Shown piece by piece: positions 45,494 through 55,467 of a DNA stretch of 64,000 nt. A program made the position numbers and the translations under genes. This DNA comes from a virus. Each line of letters begins with the position of its first letter. Position 1 is the stretch's first letter. Under the pieces are notes generated by a model that was not told the DNA's origin, ran no database searches, and was given only the letters and a program-made list of their open reading frames with translations. The stretch spans positions 96,001 through 160,000 of IMG/VR virus record IMGVR_UViG_3300027804_000039; one strand, written 5' to 3'.

Positions 45494-47269
45494 TTAGGCT
45501 GTTACACCTTTAAGCACAAAGAAGCTGATTTGTGGAGCATCTGATACTGTAATAGCTACTGGAACATACACACTGATACGGAAACTGCCGTTGGTTACTT
45601 GTGTTACTTGTGGTATGTACACGTTGGCAGCGTTGGTACCAGTTACTTTGTTTACTATGATTTGGTCGTCTGTAGTAACCAATGTGTTGTTGACTGTAAA
45701 GCTGAATGTACCTGCTGATGCTGTGGTGTTGAACAAGGTAATACGTCCTGACAACTTGTTCAAACTAACTGCTGTGGTTCTGTTGGTGCCTTGTGTTACT
45801 GTACCGCCTTGACCTGTAGCATAACCCATGCCGCCGGTGTTGTTTACTCTCAACTGTGTAGTCAATGTGCCCACGCTGACAATATTGGTTGATCCTGCCC
45901 AAGTGCTGATGGCTGTGTTTTCCACGTTGCCCAGACCTACTGATGATTTTGATACGCCGCTTACTGTGCCTGTAAACGTTGGGTTTTCAAACATTGTGGC
46001 TTTGCTTTCATTGGTTACATTACCCAAGCCAACCATTGCAGCTGTGATGCCCGATACTGTGCCAGTAAATGTTGGGCTGGCGCTGGCAACCAATACTCCG
46101 CCTGTGCCTGTAAATCCTGTTATACCTCTAGACAATAGTGTAACTGTAGTACCAGTGAAAGTTGGATCTGTAAACATGGTAGCCTTGCTTTCGTTGGTCA
46201 CTTGATCTAGTCCTACCATGGCGGCAGTGATGCCTGTAACTGTGCCGGTAAATGCAGGGCTTTCTATTGTGGCATAGATATTCAAAGGCGGTGTGTTGGT
46301 AAAGTTTGTATAGTCTAGGTAGTATACACCATCGTTACCGTCTAGTGTGTCGGCATCCACGTTAGAACCGCCCGCCGCAATATCAGCTGCAGGTTTCCAA
46401 GCTGTACCGTCCCATTTTAACACCTGCCCTGTTGTGGGCGGTGTGCTGGCTGTGTCTACGTCGCTCAATGCGTTAATACTTGCACCAATAACACCCGTCA
46501 CAGTCAAGTTACCTGAAATGCTGGTGCTCTTGCCCAGAGTAATTGTGCTAACACTGGTACTGATAGTTGAGCCACTGAATGTAATCAAACCTGTAGTAGC
46601 CACAGCTGATCCGCCAATAGTAGATCCTGCTGGTAAGTTAACAGTACCCGAGCCTAGGTTTACAGTTCCTGTAAACGTAGGATTGTTAAACATTGTGGCT
46701 TTGCTTTCGTTGGTTACGTTGCCTAACCCTAAACTAGTGGCAGTTATACTAGTAGGGCGCCAACGACTGGCTGCTGTGTCCCAACGTAGTACTTGATTAT
46801 TGGTAGGTGCATAAGCACCGCTGGCATCCACATCAGCCACATCATCTAAACTGTTGATGCTGGTTCCGCCTGCACTACTGATAACTCCGTTAGTGATAGT
46901 AATGGTTGTTCCGTCAACTTTTACCAATCCCAGTGTGCTGGTAGTAGCTGTGCCTATAACAGGCTTGTCAGTTAGGTCGTTGTAACTGCCAGAAAAGATA
47001 GTTGGGCGGTTGGTTAGATCCAAGTAACTGCCTGAAACTGCCACAGGACTGAATACTGGAATAGTGGGTTTGTTCTGTATGTTGGCCCAGTCTAGTTGAG
47101 TAGCTACCCAATCTCTACTGGCCAAGGTAGTTCCGCCCTTGTCAGCGCCGTTGAATATTCTCAGCGTTTCTCTATTGCGGTCGTAGAACAGTTCTCCTAG
47201 ACTGCCACCAATGGCATCTAGACTTTGTTGTGTTTTGGCTTGTAATCTTAGACTACGTAATACGGACAT
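45494..47269 (-). CDS. tail-fibre-like virion protein with internal repeats
   Basis: Three copies of GLxxVTNESKATMFxxPTFTGT and two of L.DV...PT..QVL.WD. Confidence 0.7.
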   Translation of the reverse strand: MSVLRSLRLQAKTQQSLDAIGGSLGELFYDRNRETLRIFNGADKGGTTLASRDWVATQLDWANIQNKPTIPVFSPVAVSGSYLDLTNRPTIFSGSYNDLTDKPVIGTATTSTLGLVKVDGTTITITNGVISSAGGTSINSLDDVADVDASGAYAPTNNQVLRWDTAASRWRPTSITATSLGLGNVTNESKATMFNNPTFTGTVNLGSGTVNLPAGSTIGGSAVATTGLITFSGSTISTSVSTITLGKSTSISGNLTVTGVIGASINALSDVDTASTPPTTGQVLKWDGTAWKPAADIAAGGSNVDADTLDGNDGVYYLDYTNFTNTPPLNIYATIESPAFTGTVTGITAAMVGLDQVTNESKATMFTDPTFTGTTVTLLSRGITGFTGTGGVLVASASPTFTGTVSGITAAMVGLGNVTNESKATMFENPTFTGTVSGVSKSSVGLGNVENTAISTWAGSTNIVSVGTLTTQLRVNNTGGMGYATGQGGTVTQGTNRTTAVSLNKLSGRITLFNTTASAGTFSFTVNNTLVTTDDQIIVNKVTGTNAANVYIPQVTQVTNGSFRISVYVPVAITVSDAPQISFFVLKGVTA

Positions 47270-47311
47270 GGTAAATTCCTAGTTTAACTAGTATATTTAC
47301 CCAAACTTTGG

Positions 47312-47755
47312 CTAGTCTTTTGAATAGTATTCGTAGTTAACGCTAGTAGGGTTTTCTCTACGAATTGTTGCACCGTTCTTTAGATGAAAACGTTTGGCCA
47401 TTTCTGTTTGTGGACTGAGGGTTACGATGTTTTTAATATCCTTGTACTCAGTTTTCAGCCATTCAGCAGCCGCCTTGATCAACTGTTGTCCTGCGCCAGG
47501 TGCATAACTCCAAATAGTGTAGAATACCGCAACATCGTGTGTTTCCGCCAGTTCTTTGAGATCATCTTCATCTTCGGGAATATCTCTCAGCCATTGCATA
47601 CAAGTAGCCGCCAGGACTTCCTCTCCTGCTTTAAGAATCAAGATTTCAGCAAGGTCATTGACTCGCTGTTCAAGAGGAATGTGTGGACGAACTGGGTCGT
47701 CCTTGATGACTTTTACGAATGGATCATTTAGATCCTTGATGTGATGCAACTCCAT
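47312..47755 (-). CDS. GNAT-fold protein resembling malonyl-CoA decarboxylase core
   Basis: AVFYTI, GAGQQLIK, IVTLSP. Confidence 0.55.
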   Translation of the reverse strand: MELHHIKDLNDPFVKVIKDDPVRPHIPLEQRVNDLAEILILKAGEEVLAATCMQWLRDIPEDEDDLKELAETHDVAVFYTIWSYAPGAGQQLIKAAAEWLKTEYKDIKNIVTLSPQTEMAKRFHLKNGATIRRENPTSVNYEYYSKD

Positions 47756-47820
47756 GGCGTTCTCCGGCGGTATTATATGCGTATTTATTATAACACCAAG
47801 AAAACTGCATTACAAGTAGA

Positions 47821-49254
47821 TTACACCAAGTCGTCACCGGGTAAGTTGTTCAAAAGTTCTCTCAGTTTGCTGCTTTCAACATTGGCTTTGACTTTTGGAG
47901 CACCGCCTAAACTGTTAGGATCTACTTCACCTGTTTGCGGATCTACTACAGTTTGCCTTTGTTTAATTTGATTAAGCAAACTAGATCCTGCGCTAGGAGC
48001 ACCATTTCCATAACTATCTTCTTCTGCCAAGTCAGTAATACGCAGACTGTCAATGTTGAACTCCAAGTCAATCTTTTGTCCAACACCGCTTGAACTACGA
48101 GTTTTCATCAGCTGTAATTGATATCTACCACGTTCACGCATCGCTCTGCTTGTAAAGATACCAAACACGTTGTCTGCTGTTTGAATCTTAGAAAGTCCAC
48201 CCGAAATATGACTGTGGTCAAATTCAACTTCTTCTACCGCACCTCGATTTAACTGTGCCGCCGTTACACAAATACATTGTTTTTCCATTGCCAAGTTACG
48301 CAATTCTTCACTGACATATTTGTCTTTAACGAACAAGTTCTCTGCAGATATCTTTTTGCCAATAGGCATTAACAAGTCCAAGTAGTCTACTAATAGTACA
48401 TCTACTTTACGTTCCATTTTGATTTCATACTCTTTCATATAGGAACGTATGTCATTTACGGTCTTCCCAGACGGCATATACTTGACTTGAAACTGCCCTG
48501 ATTTTTTACCAATCATACGAACTTTCATCTCAACATCGTCGATGTTCTTAAACACTTCCTTTGTTGGCATTCCAGTTAACATGGCATCCATACGCATACT
48601 AACCAACTCTTCGCTAAGTTCAAGACTTAGATATACAACATTTAAACCTTGTAGTGCCCAGTTCAAGCCAAGGTTAGCAAGAAAGAGGGACTTACCTGCA
48701 CCAGAACCACCGGCAAAAATGTTAAGTTCTCCACGGTTCATACCTCCAAACAATTTGTCATCTATAGCTTTCCAACCAGTACTGATCTGGCCGTTTTTAT
48801 CTTTAATACGCAGCAGACGAGCACGAGGATCTAGAAAGTAATCTGTACCCATGTCTTTTTGTAGACCAATTTGCACAGCCTTTTTAATCTTTTCTTCTAC
48901 TGATCCATACTCACCTTTTTCCAACATGTCTGCCGATTCAAGAATAGCTCTTTCGAGACCTTTGTGTCTAGTAAATGTTTCGAAGTCGTTCATTAGCCAG
49001 TCAAAGTGTTCTTCACGCAAGTCGCTAGGAACTTTGAAATCTGCGCCTGTGGCTGCATTAACAATAGTTTCTGTTGGAACTACACTATGTTCTTTAACAT
49101 AGTTATTGATAAAATCTGCAGCTGTTTGTAATTTTCTATCAAACAATGTGTGGTCAAAAATTGCCTGACAACGACTAAACGTTGCCGCATCTGCCAGCAT
49201 CATTTCTAAATAAACTTTTTGTATTTCGTAACCGTAATCAGTATTCTGTTTCAT
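47821..49254 (-). CDS. gp41: replicative DNA helicase (gp41/DnaB-like)
   Basis: AGGSGAGKS, LLVDYLDL, TAAQLNR, MKTR. Confidence 0.9.
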   Translation of the reverse strand: MKQNTDYGYEIQKVYLEMMLADAATFSRCQAIFDHTLFDRKLQTAADFINNYVKEHSVVPTETIVNAATGADFKVPSDLREEHFDWLMNDFETFTRHKGLERAILESADMLEKGEYGSVEEKIKKAVQIGLQKDMGTDYFLDPRARLLRIKDKNGQISTGWKAIDDKLFGGMNRGELNIFAGGSGAGKSLFLANLGLNWALQGLNVVYLSLELSEELVSMRMDAMLTGMPTKEVFKNIDDVEMKVRMIGKKSGQFQVKYMPSGKTVNDIRSYMKEYEIKMERKVDVLLVDYLDLLMPIGKKISAENLFVKDKYVSEELRNLAMEKQCICVTAAQLNRGAVEEVEFDHSHISGGLSKIQTADNVFGIFTSRAMRERGRYQLQLMKTRSSSGVGQKIDLEFNIDSLRITDLAEEDSYGNGAPSAGSSLLNQIKQRQTVVDPQTGEVDPNSLGGAPKVKANVESSKLRELLNNLPGDDLV

Positions 49255-49270
49255 CTAATGATTATACACT

Positions 49271-50758
49271 TTAATTAAAAACTTTTACACCGTATTGAGC
49301 TTCAAAGTTTCGGGCATCAGCAAAGTCATTTACTATTGGTTGTCCTTTGATGTTTAAACTAGTGTTAAGAAGCATTGGACAACCAGTACGCTCATACCAT
49401 TGTTCTAACAGTTGTCTGAATGGACTTCCGTCTTTAGGCACAGACTGTACACGACTAGTCCCGTCCCTATGAACGATAGCAGGATATAAGTCAGGGCGCC
49501 TACAACGAGCGACGACTTGCATATACCGGCTGTTACGCCAACCACTAGGCATAGCAAAATAGTCAGGAAGTAATTCCTCCAAAATTGCTGGCGCAAACGG
49601 TCTGAATTCTTGTCTTTGTTTAATTGCATTTACACGATCCTTGATATCCGATCCTCTAGGATCAGCTAATAAACTTCTATTACCCAGAGCACGTGGGCCA
49701 AACTCTGCACGACCTCTAGCTAATCCGCATATCTTGTGGTCAACTAGGTAATCGACAATATCTTTGTTGCTGGTCTTGCTTCCTAAGTCTAAACCTAAGA
49801 AAGGATTAGTCCAATCGGTATATTCTCTCCAATGCGGTTTCTTTGCTAGTACTGCACCTATAGCACTACCAGCATCTCCTGGTTCAGTATATATCCAAGT
49901 GTTTTTAAAAAACTTACCCGTTAGTCTATTAGCTACACAATTTAAGGCACAGCCTCCCATAAGCACAAGGTTATCACTAGGATTCAAACTATATGCATAG
50001 TGTAATGTTCTTAAAAATAAATCTTCGTAGACTGCTTGAGTTGATGCTGCTATTTCAAAACTATCTTTTACTGTAAGGTCAGGTCGCCAATGCTGGCATC
50101 CTCTATGTAAATTTTGTTTGAAACTAACCAGGCCACCCATGTCCCAGGTTGGAATGTGAACAAAGTCTTGGAACATTTTAGCATATAATTTATTTGGATC
50201 ACCATATGCAGCCATACCCATGAGTATGTATTCATCTTCGTTGGGCTTTAATCCAACACGCTGAGTCATTGCGCTGTAAAATAATCCAATGCTATGTGGA
50301 TAACTTACATTGAATAATTTTTTAAGTTTAGTACCAGTGGCTTGCCATATCGTCAGTGTTTCGAATTCACCAATAGCATCGATAACTACCACCGTGGCAT
50401 TATCAAACGGACTACTGTAATATCCAAGGGCAGCATGTGTGTGATGGTGTGAACTATAACTTATTGGTGCATTGATCCCGTACTTGGATAGATACTTTTT
50501 AATATTATTATCACTCCATTTCCAGCCTTGCCCAGCACTTAATTGCCTAAAAGTTTTAAGCAAAGGACGCTCATACCAATAAACCCTATCAGGTTCGCCC
50601 CACTGTCTTTTTGCAAATTCTACTAAGTTATGATTTAAATCTCTGTCATTCTTGATCTTACTGAAACGTTCAGCATGACTGGCAAACACAAGTTTTTCAT
50701 CACAGAACACAGCCAATGCAGCATCGTGACTATTTGCAGAAATTCCCCATGATATCAT
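49271..50758 (-). CDS. carbamoyltransferase (NodU/CmcH/TobZ family)
   Basis: HDAA, HHHTHA, IDAIGE, GGCALN, EFGPRALGNRS, KQRQEFRPFAP, LLNTSLN. Confidence 0.9.
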   Translation of the reverse strand: MISWGISANSHDAALAVFCDEKLVFASHAERFSKIKNDRDLNHNLVEFAKRQWGEPDRVYWYERPLLKTFRQLSAGQGWKWSDNNIKKYLSKYGINAPISYSSHHHTHAALGYYSSPFDNATVVVIDAIGEFETLTIWQATGTKLKKLFNVSYPHSIGLFYSAMTQRVGLKPNEDEYILMGMAAYGDPNKLYAKMFQDFVHIPTWDMGGLVSFKQNLHRGCQHWRPDLTVKDSFEIAASTQAVYEDLFLRTLHYAYSLNPSDNLVLMGGCALNCVANRLTGKFFKNTWIYTEPGDAGSAIGAVLAKKPHWREYTDWTNPFLGLDLGSKTSNKDIVDYLVDHKICGLARGRAEFGPRALGNRSLLADPRGSDIKDRVNAIKQRQEFRPFAPAILEELLPDYFAMPSGWRNSRYMQVVARCRRPDLYPAIVHRDGTSRVQSVPKDGSPFRQLLEQWYERTGCPMLLNTSLNIKGQPIVNDFADARNFEAQYGVKVFN

Positions 50759-50868
50759 TTGTATATAAACGGATCTCGTTTCCTAAGTTCGTCCATGCGT
50801 TTTTTAAATGCTCGTCGCGCCCTGTACCACTCTAACGGCATTTTCAATATTTCAATTATTCGTTTCAT
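50755..50868 (-). CDS. 37 aa basic peptide ending DPFIYK
   Basis: Hand-translated; stop overlaps carbamoyltransferase ATG. Confidence 0.65.
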   Translation of the reverse strand: MKRIIEILKMPLEWYRARRAFKKRMDELRKRDPFIYK

Positions 50869-51859
50869 CATTCTTAAACCACTTTTTTGCTCTTAGTTGA
50901 ATTTTAAGACTGTTAGACTCTTTGGCATTAATAATCATCCAAAAAGCGGTTAATCTTCCTAGTTTGACCACAGCATCGTTGACATCTTTAATACCTTCTG
51001 GCCAATCTGGCATACTGACACTCCAACCGTATTCTATTGCTTGTTCTACTGTCCTTGGGCCTTCGTGATCTTTGTCTGGTACTAGGATAATTTCCTTGCC
51101 CAGTTGTTTCAACAACCAATTCTGACTGTCTTTTATTTCTGCGCCAAGTAAAGCACATCCATCAATACTTAGTGCATCAAACGGTCCTTCCATAACAATC
51201 ACGAACTCACGCTCGTACGTTTGTCTATCTAAGTTAAACACATACCCTGGTTGTTGCTCACTAATAAATTTAGGTTTAGCATCATTTGTAGCACGGGCAG
51301 TATATCCTACGACTTTACCATCCTTATAAAAAGGAATAATAATACGATTTTTAAAACCAATTTTATTTGTCCAGTAAAACGGATAACTGTAGGGATTTAT
51401 GCCTCTGATATTTCTTAGATAGCAAAATGCATTGATTAGTTCTTGATCAGTATTTTCCCAACCTTGCAATTCAATCCAAGTGCTCCACTCTTCTAAACTC
51501 TTTGCATCCATAGGCAAAGCACGTTCGTCAAAAGTTGGAACTACTTGTCTTACTTGTGCATTTTCGTTTTGATTAAGACGTAACGCTTCTAATCTTAATT
51601 GGTTAATAACATCATCGGGCATGTTTAAATCCCGCATGAGTTTATTCATCTTGGCACTTATAGTTCTGCCCGGTTGCCAACTTGCTTTGAATCCGCAGTT
51701 AAAGCAATGGTAACTAACTGCATCGCCGGCATTCATAATGAACCCGCCACGCTGACGTTTGTCATCGCAACAGGGCGCATTGAAACTTATCCAACCGCTT
51801 GGTGTTGTTTTACGCTTTGCAGGTAAGAAAGTTAGTAGTGTATCGGCTATGAGACTCAT
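50852..51859 (-). CDS. gp61: DNA primase (gp61-like)
   Basis: Zn domain APCC...HCFNC; TOPRIM VMEGPFDA, PDKD. Confidence 0.85.
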   Translation of the reverse strand: MSLIADTLLTFLPAKRKTTPSGWISFNAPCCDDKRQRGGFIMNAGDAVSYHCFNCGFKASWQPGRTISAKMNKLMRDLNMPDDVINQLRLEALRLNQNENAQVRQVVPTFDERALPMDAKSLEEWSTWIELQGWENTDQELINAFCYLRNIRGINPYSYPFYWTNKIGFKNRIIIPFYKDGKVVGYTARATNDAKPKFISEQQPGYVFNLDRQTYEREFVIVMEGPFDALSIDGCALLGAEIKDSQNWLLKQLGKEIILVPDKDHEGPRTVEQAIEYGWSVSMPDWPEGIKDVNDAVVKLGRLTAFWMIINAKESNSLKIQLRAKKWFKNDETNN

Positions 51860-51872
51860 AGCACTATTATAC

Positions 51873-52958
51873 TTAACTAACCGTTATTTTGTCAACGGTT
51901 CCGGTGATATTTGTTCCGGTTACAATGTAGGTTGCTGAACCATTTGCGGCAGTACCAGATACCGATACTGAAGAAATCGAACTAACGCTATAACTAGACG
52001 GATAGTTTGCACTAACACCGTCGACACCAGTTACAGTCAAAATCAAATCGTTTATACCATCGACACCGCCCAAAACGCTTCCTAATACTTTAATTTGGCT
52101 ACCAACAGCATATCCGGTTCCACCAGCACGTAAAGTTACATTATAAGTATTGCTATCTAATGCTACACTAAAACTAGCACCAACACCATTTGCTCTTGGA
52201 GTTGTATAACTAATTCTAAAATATTTGTAGTCACCGATTGTTTGATTAGGTACAGACCATGTGCCGGTAAAATCTTCAAATGTATACGAGCTTAGGTAAG
52301 CGGCTCCCTTCCATGCTTCGGTTCTGATGGTACTTTCTGTTGTTCCTTCTAACCAAACACTTCCAGTAAAGCCAGATAGATTTACATCAAAATCTAACGT
52401 TTCAGTCTTTTCAGCTTCATAGAATGTAGCTGGTATTGCTGGGCTATGATAAGTCGGATGTCCTTTTAAATCTATCTCTGCTGTGAATGTTTTATATACA
52501 CGGTCTTCTTTAAAAACTGGCAATGCTGTGCCTACTAGTTCAATTGTACCAACAGCACCAAATCTACTATCAGCATACAGTATAACATCGTCACCGTCTT
52601 TGGCCGCAGTAACACTATATCTCAAAAACTGATCGCTTAACGCAGCTAAATCTTCTTGTGGTATCGTTACTGATGCTAACCCTTTTAATGTTGTTTGATT
52701 TAAAGGAGTTACTGTATAAGGACTGTTGGCTAACGCTTGTCCAGACAAATCCATAACGTTTAATTCTATGTTAGATAAAGTGCTAAGATCAATGCGTTTT
52801 TGATCTGCGTTCTTAATATCAAACTCTAGGGTATTATCTATACCATTGTAAATTTTAACTGTTCTCTGATACACGTTAGTCCACTCCGTAGGAAAGCCTG
52901 CCAAATCAGCGAGTAGTTCAATTCTATTCGGATATAAATAACTTGAAATTTTTTGCAT
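51873..52958 (-). CDS. probable baseplate/structural protein
   Basis: 361 aa beta-rich, Gly/Thr-rich C-terminus. Confidence 0.55.
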   Translation of the reverse strand: MQKISSYLYPNRIELLADLAGFPTEWTNVYQRTVKIYNGIDNTLEFDIKNADQKRIDLSTLSNIELNVMDLSGQALANSPYTVTPLNQTTLKGLASVTIPQEDLAALSDQFLRYSVTAAKDGDDVILYADSRFGAVGTIELVGTALPVFKEDRVYKTFTAEIDLKGHPTYHSPAIPATFYEAEKTETLDFDVNLSGFTGSVWLEGTTESTIRTEAWKGAAYLSSYTFEDFTGTWSVPNQTIGDYKYFRISYTTPRANGVGASFSVALDSNTYNVTLRAGGTGYAVGSQIKVLGSVLGGVDGINDLILTVTGVDGVSANYPSSYSVSSISSVSVSGTAANGSATYIVTGTNITGTVDKITVS

Positions 52959-52983
52959 TTGGACAAACCTTTATTTTATATTT

Positions 52984-53358
52984 ATGGCAAAATTAAGAGA
53001 TAACATAGAACAAAATTTGCCCTTTATTAGTGTGCTAAACTACGGTGAAGAAGAGTACGTTGGCATTATAATAAATCAAGATCAATTTGTTACCAGTTTT
53101 TACGACCTCAACTCTATAAAGAGCTTGGAGGAACGTGCAGTTTTCCTAGAAATAGGAGAAACTTGGTGGTGGGAAAGCAACAGGCAGTTTCCAATAAGCA
53201 TTATATGTAGAGATCAAATAAAGCCCTTTGCTTATGCAATAAAAACATTTAATAGCAAAGATGTTAGGATAATACTAGGTCCTGTTGTAAACCTTATGAA
53301 CCTAACAATGAAGCGAGTTAAACGCAAAAGTGTTCAACTTGTAAGAAAAACCCGTTAA
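52984..53358 (+). CDS. hypothetical protein
   Basis: Lone plus-strand ORF, 124 aa. Confidence 0.7.
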   Translation: MAKLRDNIEQNLPFISVLNYGEEEYVGIIINQDQFVTSFYDLNSIKSLEERAVFLEIGETWWWESNRQFPISIICRDQIKPFAYAIKTFNSKDVRIILGPVVNLMNLTMKRVKRKSVQLVRKTR

Positions 53359-53933
53359 CTATAACCATAACTAAGTTCTTCGCAGATTAAGTTCATCTGC
53401 ACTACAATTACATGAGCATACGCAATGGCATGTGCTTTCTTAAAGTAGTATTCACCGTTCTCCGGTTTCGTCCAAATCGTCTGCCCAATCTCTGTCCATG
53501 TCTTCCCAATCAAGTGTCTCTTCGCTGGGCGAATCAAAGCGATACACATTGCCAACTCTTCTATACTTCGTGGCTTCATCTGTTTCATTAATCCACTGTG
53601 CCCATTTACGTGGAACAATAAACCCGCGAAATCCTGTTGCTCTAGTAGATCCCATAGTGGCTCTGTCTCCATTAATTGTTTGAGATGCTCTCGACTTTTT
53701 ACCTTCTCATATACACTAACGTTCAAGAAATCAATCTTGAAATAACCTCTATCTTCTGCTTCTTTATAATCTATTGTACTTAGCCCAGTAAAAGGATTGT
53801 ACGGTACAGATGTACAATATATTCCTGTATTGTGCTTTTTAAAAGTACTATCTTCTTTAATAGCCGCACCAACATGTTTAAAATGTTCAAGTGCCTTTGC
53901 TCTATCTGCAAAATCAATATCAATGTCCGGCAT
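53355..53933 (-). CDS. miniature DNA polymerase III alpha (DnaE)-like protein
   Basis: MPDIDIDF, KHNTG, YFKIDFL, IALIRP, FKKAHAIAY in 192 aa. Confidence 0.8.
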   Translation of the reverse strand: MPDIDIDFADRAKALEHFKHVGAAIKEDSTFKKHNTGIYCTSVPYNPFTGLSTIDYKEAEDRGYFKIDFLNVSVYEKVKSREHLKQLMETEPLWDLLEQQDFAGLLFHVNGHSGLMKQMKPRSIEELAMCIALIRPAKRHLIGKTWTEIGQTIWTKPENGEYYFKKAHAIAYAHVIVVQMNLICEELSYGYS

Positions 53934-54105
53934 TTTTTATTTTCCTCCAGCTTGAATTTCCAATGGTTGGATAACCTATGTACTCTTCACCTGTTTCCAT
54001 GTCAATGAGTTTATATTTTTCTGGACATCGTGTGTAGACAGTTAAAGTGACAGGAAGTTCCAGTTCTTTAACTTCTAATCCGTCTTGCAATTTTCTTTTA
54101 TTCAT
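53920..54105 (-). CDS. hypothetical protein
   Basis: 61 aa coupled ORF. Confidence 0.65.
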   Translation of the reverse strand: MNKRKLQDGLEVKELELPVTLTVYTRCPEKYKLIDMETGEEYIGYPTIGNSSWRKIKNAGH

Positions 54106-54302
54106 TAATGCTTTGTTCCTGATTCAAACAACAATAGTGGTAAAGTTTCTGTCAAGTATGTAGCATAGTCGTCTGCTTCTTCTATAGTATCAAAACCTAT
54201 AAATTTTACATACACAGAGTTATCTTCTTCAGATACAATAACTTCTAAGTCTAAATGCAGCGCATCTGGATTTCCGCTAACATGATTTGTTGGTGTTGTC
54301 AT
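54105..54302 (-). CDS. small acidic protein
   Basis: 65 aa coupled ORF. Confidence 0.65.
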   Translation of the reverse strand: MTTPTNHVSGNPDALHLDLEVIVSEEDNSVYVKFIGFDTIEEADDYATYLTETLPLLLFESGTKH

Positions 54303-54991
54303 ATGTTTGATTCCTTAACGACTTGTCGAACTAGCTCTGCATCTGCTGGAAGTTTTTTAAATTTACTAACCCAGAATTGAGGATCGATAATATTACTTAT
54401 TGCCGAGAGTTGTTCATCGTTTAGAGTTTTTAATAATTTTTTACCGTTATTGCTGTTTAATACTAGCCAAGGACTAATTTTTCCGTCTTTAACATCAAAC
54501 ATAAATCTACTAGGGCTAACATATAAAAAGTAATGATTCCAAACACTTTTATGTGTGTCGGCCCACTCCATCATGTGTTTAATACTGCGCTCTAGTGCCA
54601 CTTCTACTGGTTCTGTTTTTATTAATTCGACAACATATTTGTCATATAATTCGTCTCTGCACCAGTGGTCTAGCTTGACGCCAGATTTGATTACATAGTC
54701 GATGAACTTGTCAAAGTACAACGGGTTTACATTTGAAACAAAACTACCAAATTTAATAAATGCGTTGTAGTAAGGGCTCCGAGCAAATTCTTCGTAAGTT
54801 TTATCTGCTTTAGAATTTTGTGTTAATTTATAAAAACGATTATAAGTGTCGTAACCAAGAACCACATGACGTTCGCTTTTTGCCAATGCTCTTCTTTTTT
54901 GTTCACACACGTGAACAGCCAAAGTCTTTTCCTTAGAAAACTTAGTACTGCAATATTGACAAGTATATGGCTGACTTGCAAGATTCATCAT
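54299..54991 (-). CDS. C2H2-like zinc-finger protein
   Basis: YTCQYCSTKF....TLAVHVC. Confidence 0.65.
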   Translation of the reverse strand: MMNLASQPYTCQYCSTKFSKEKTLAVHVCEQKRRALAKSERHVVLGYDTYNRFYKLTQNSKADKTYEEFARSPYYNAFIKFGSFVSNVNPLYFDKFIDYVIKSGVKLDHWCRDELYDKYVVELIKTEPVEVALERSIKHMMEWADTHKSVWNHYFLYVSPSRFMFDVKDGKISPWLVLNSNNGKKLLKTLNDEQLSAISNIIDPQFWVSKFKKLPADAELVRQVVKESNI

Positions 54992-55467
54992 TTAAATTTC
55001 TTTGCGATTGTTGGTTCGTCCATTCCGTACTTGCGAGCGAGGTCTTTAATTTCTTTGTCTGTGACTAGTTTTGCCAATAACTCAATTTCATCAATCTTTT
55101 TATTAGGATACAGGTCTGTTAAAAACTTAACCTTCTTGCTGTCACTGCCAGTTTTCTTTTTATTGCCAATCCATTCATGATAGAATTGTGTTTTGCCGTC
55201 ATAACTGCACATACACAATAACAACCATAATAGCTTTGGATGTTTCTGAAGTACGTTCCAGTTCTTATTAAAGTATTCATTAACAGTCAAAACAAAATGC
55301 TGTTGTACTTCTTTGTTAGTTGACCTAGCATTGCTAATATATCTGTTTAAAATAAAAAATTCTGATTTCAAAGATTTTTGCTGGTCAGTATCCATGGCAT
55401 CCCACAATTCACGAATATTTTCGTCGACCGCTGCAATTTTTTCTTTTAGTTCAACTTTTTCACTCAT
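54988..55467 (-). CDS. hypothetical protein, possibly clamp-loader small subunit-like
   Basis: Helical protein in replication cluster; homology not established. Confidence 0.45.
   Translation of the reverse strand: MSEKVELKEKIAAVDENIRELWDAMDTDQQKSLKSEFFILNRYISNARSTNKEVQQHFVLTVNEYFNKNWNVLQKHPKLLWLLLCMCSYDGKTQFYHEWIGNKKKTGSDSKKVKFLTDLYPNKKIDEIELLAKLVTDKEIKDLARKYGMDEPTIAKKFK

Noticed and set aside
46347-46796. Plus-strand ORFs within the fibre gene (also 45591, 45828)
   Set aside because: Codon-bias shadows of a Thr/Gly-rich gene.
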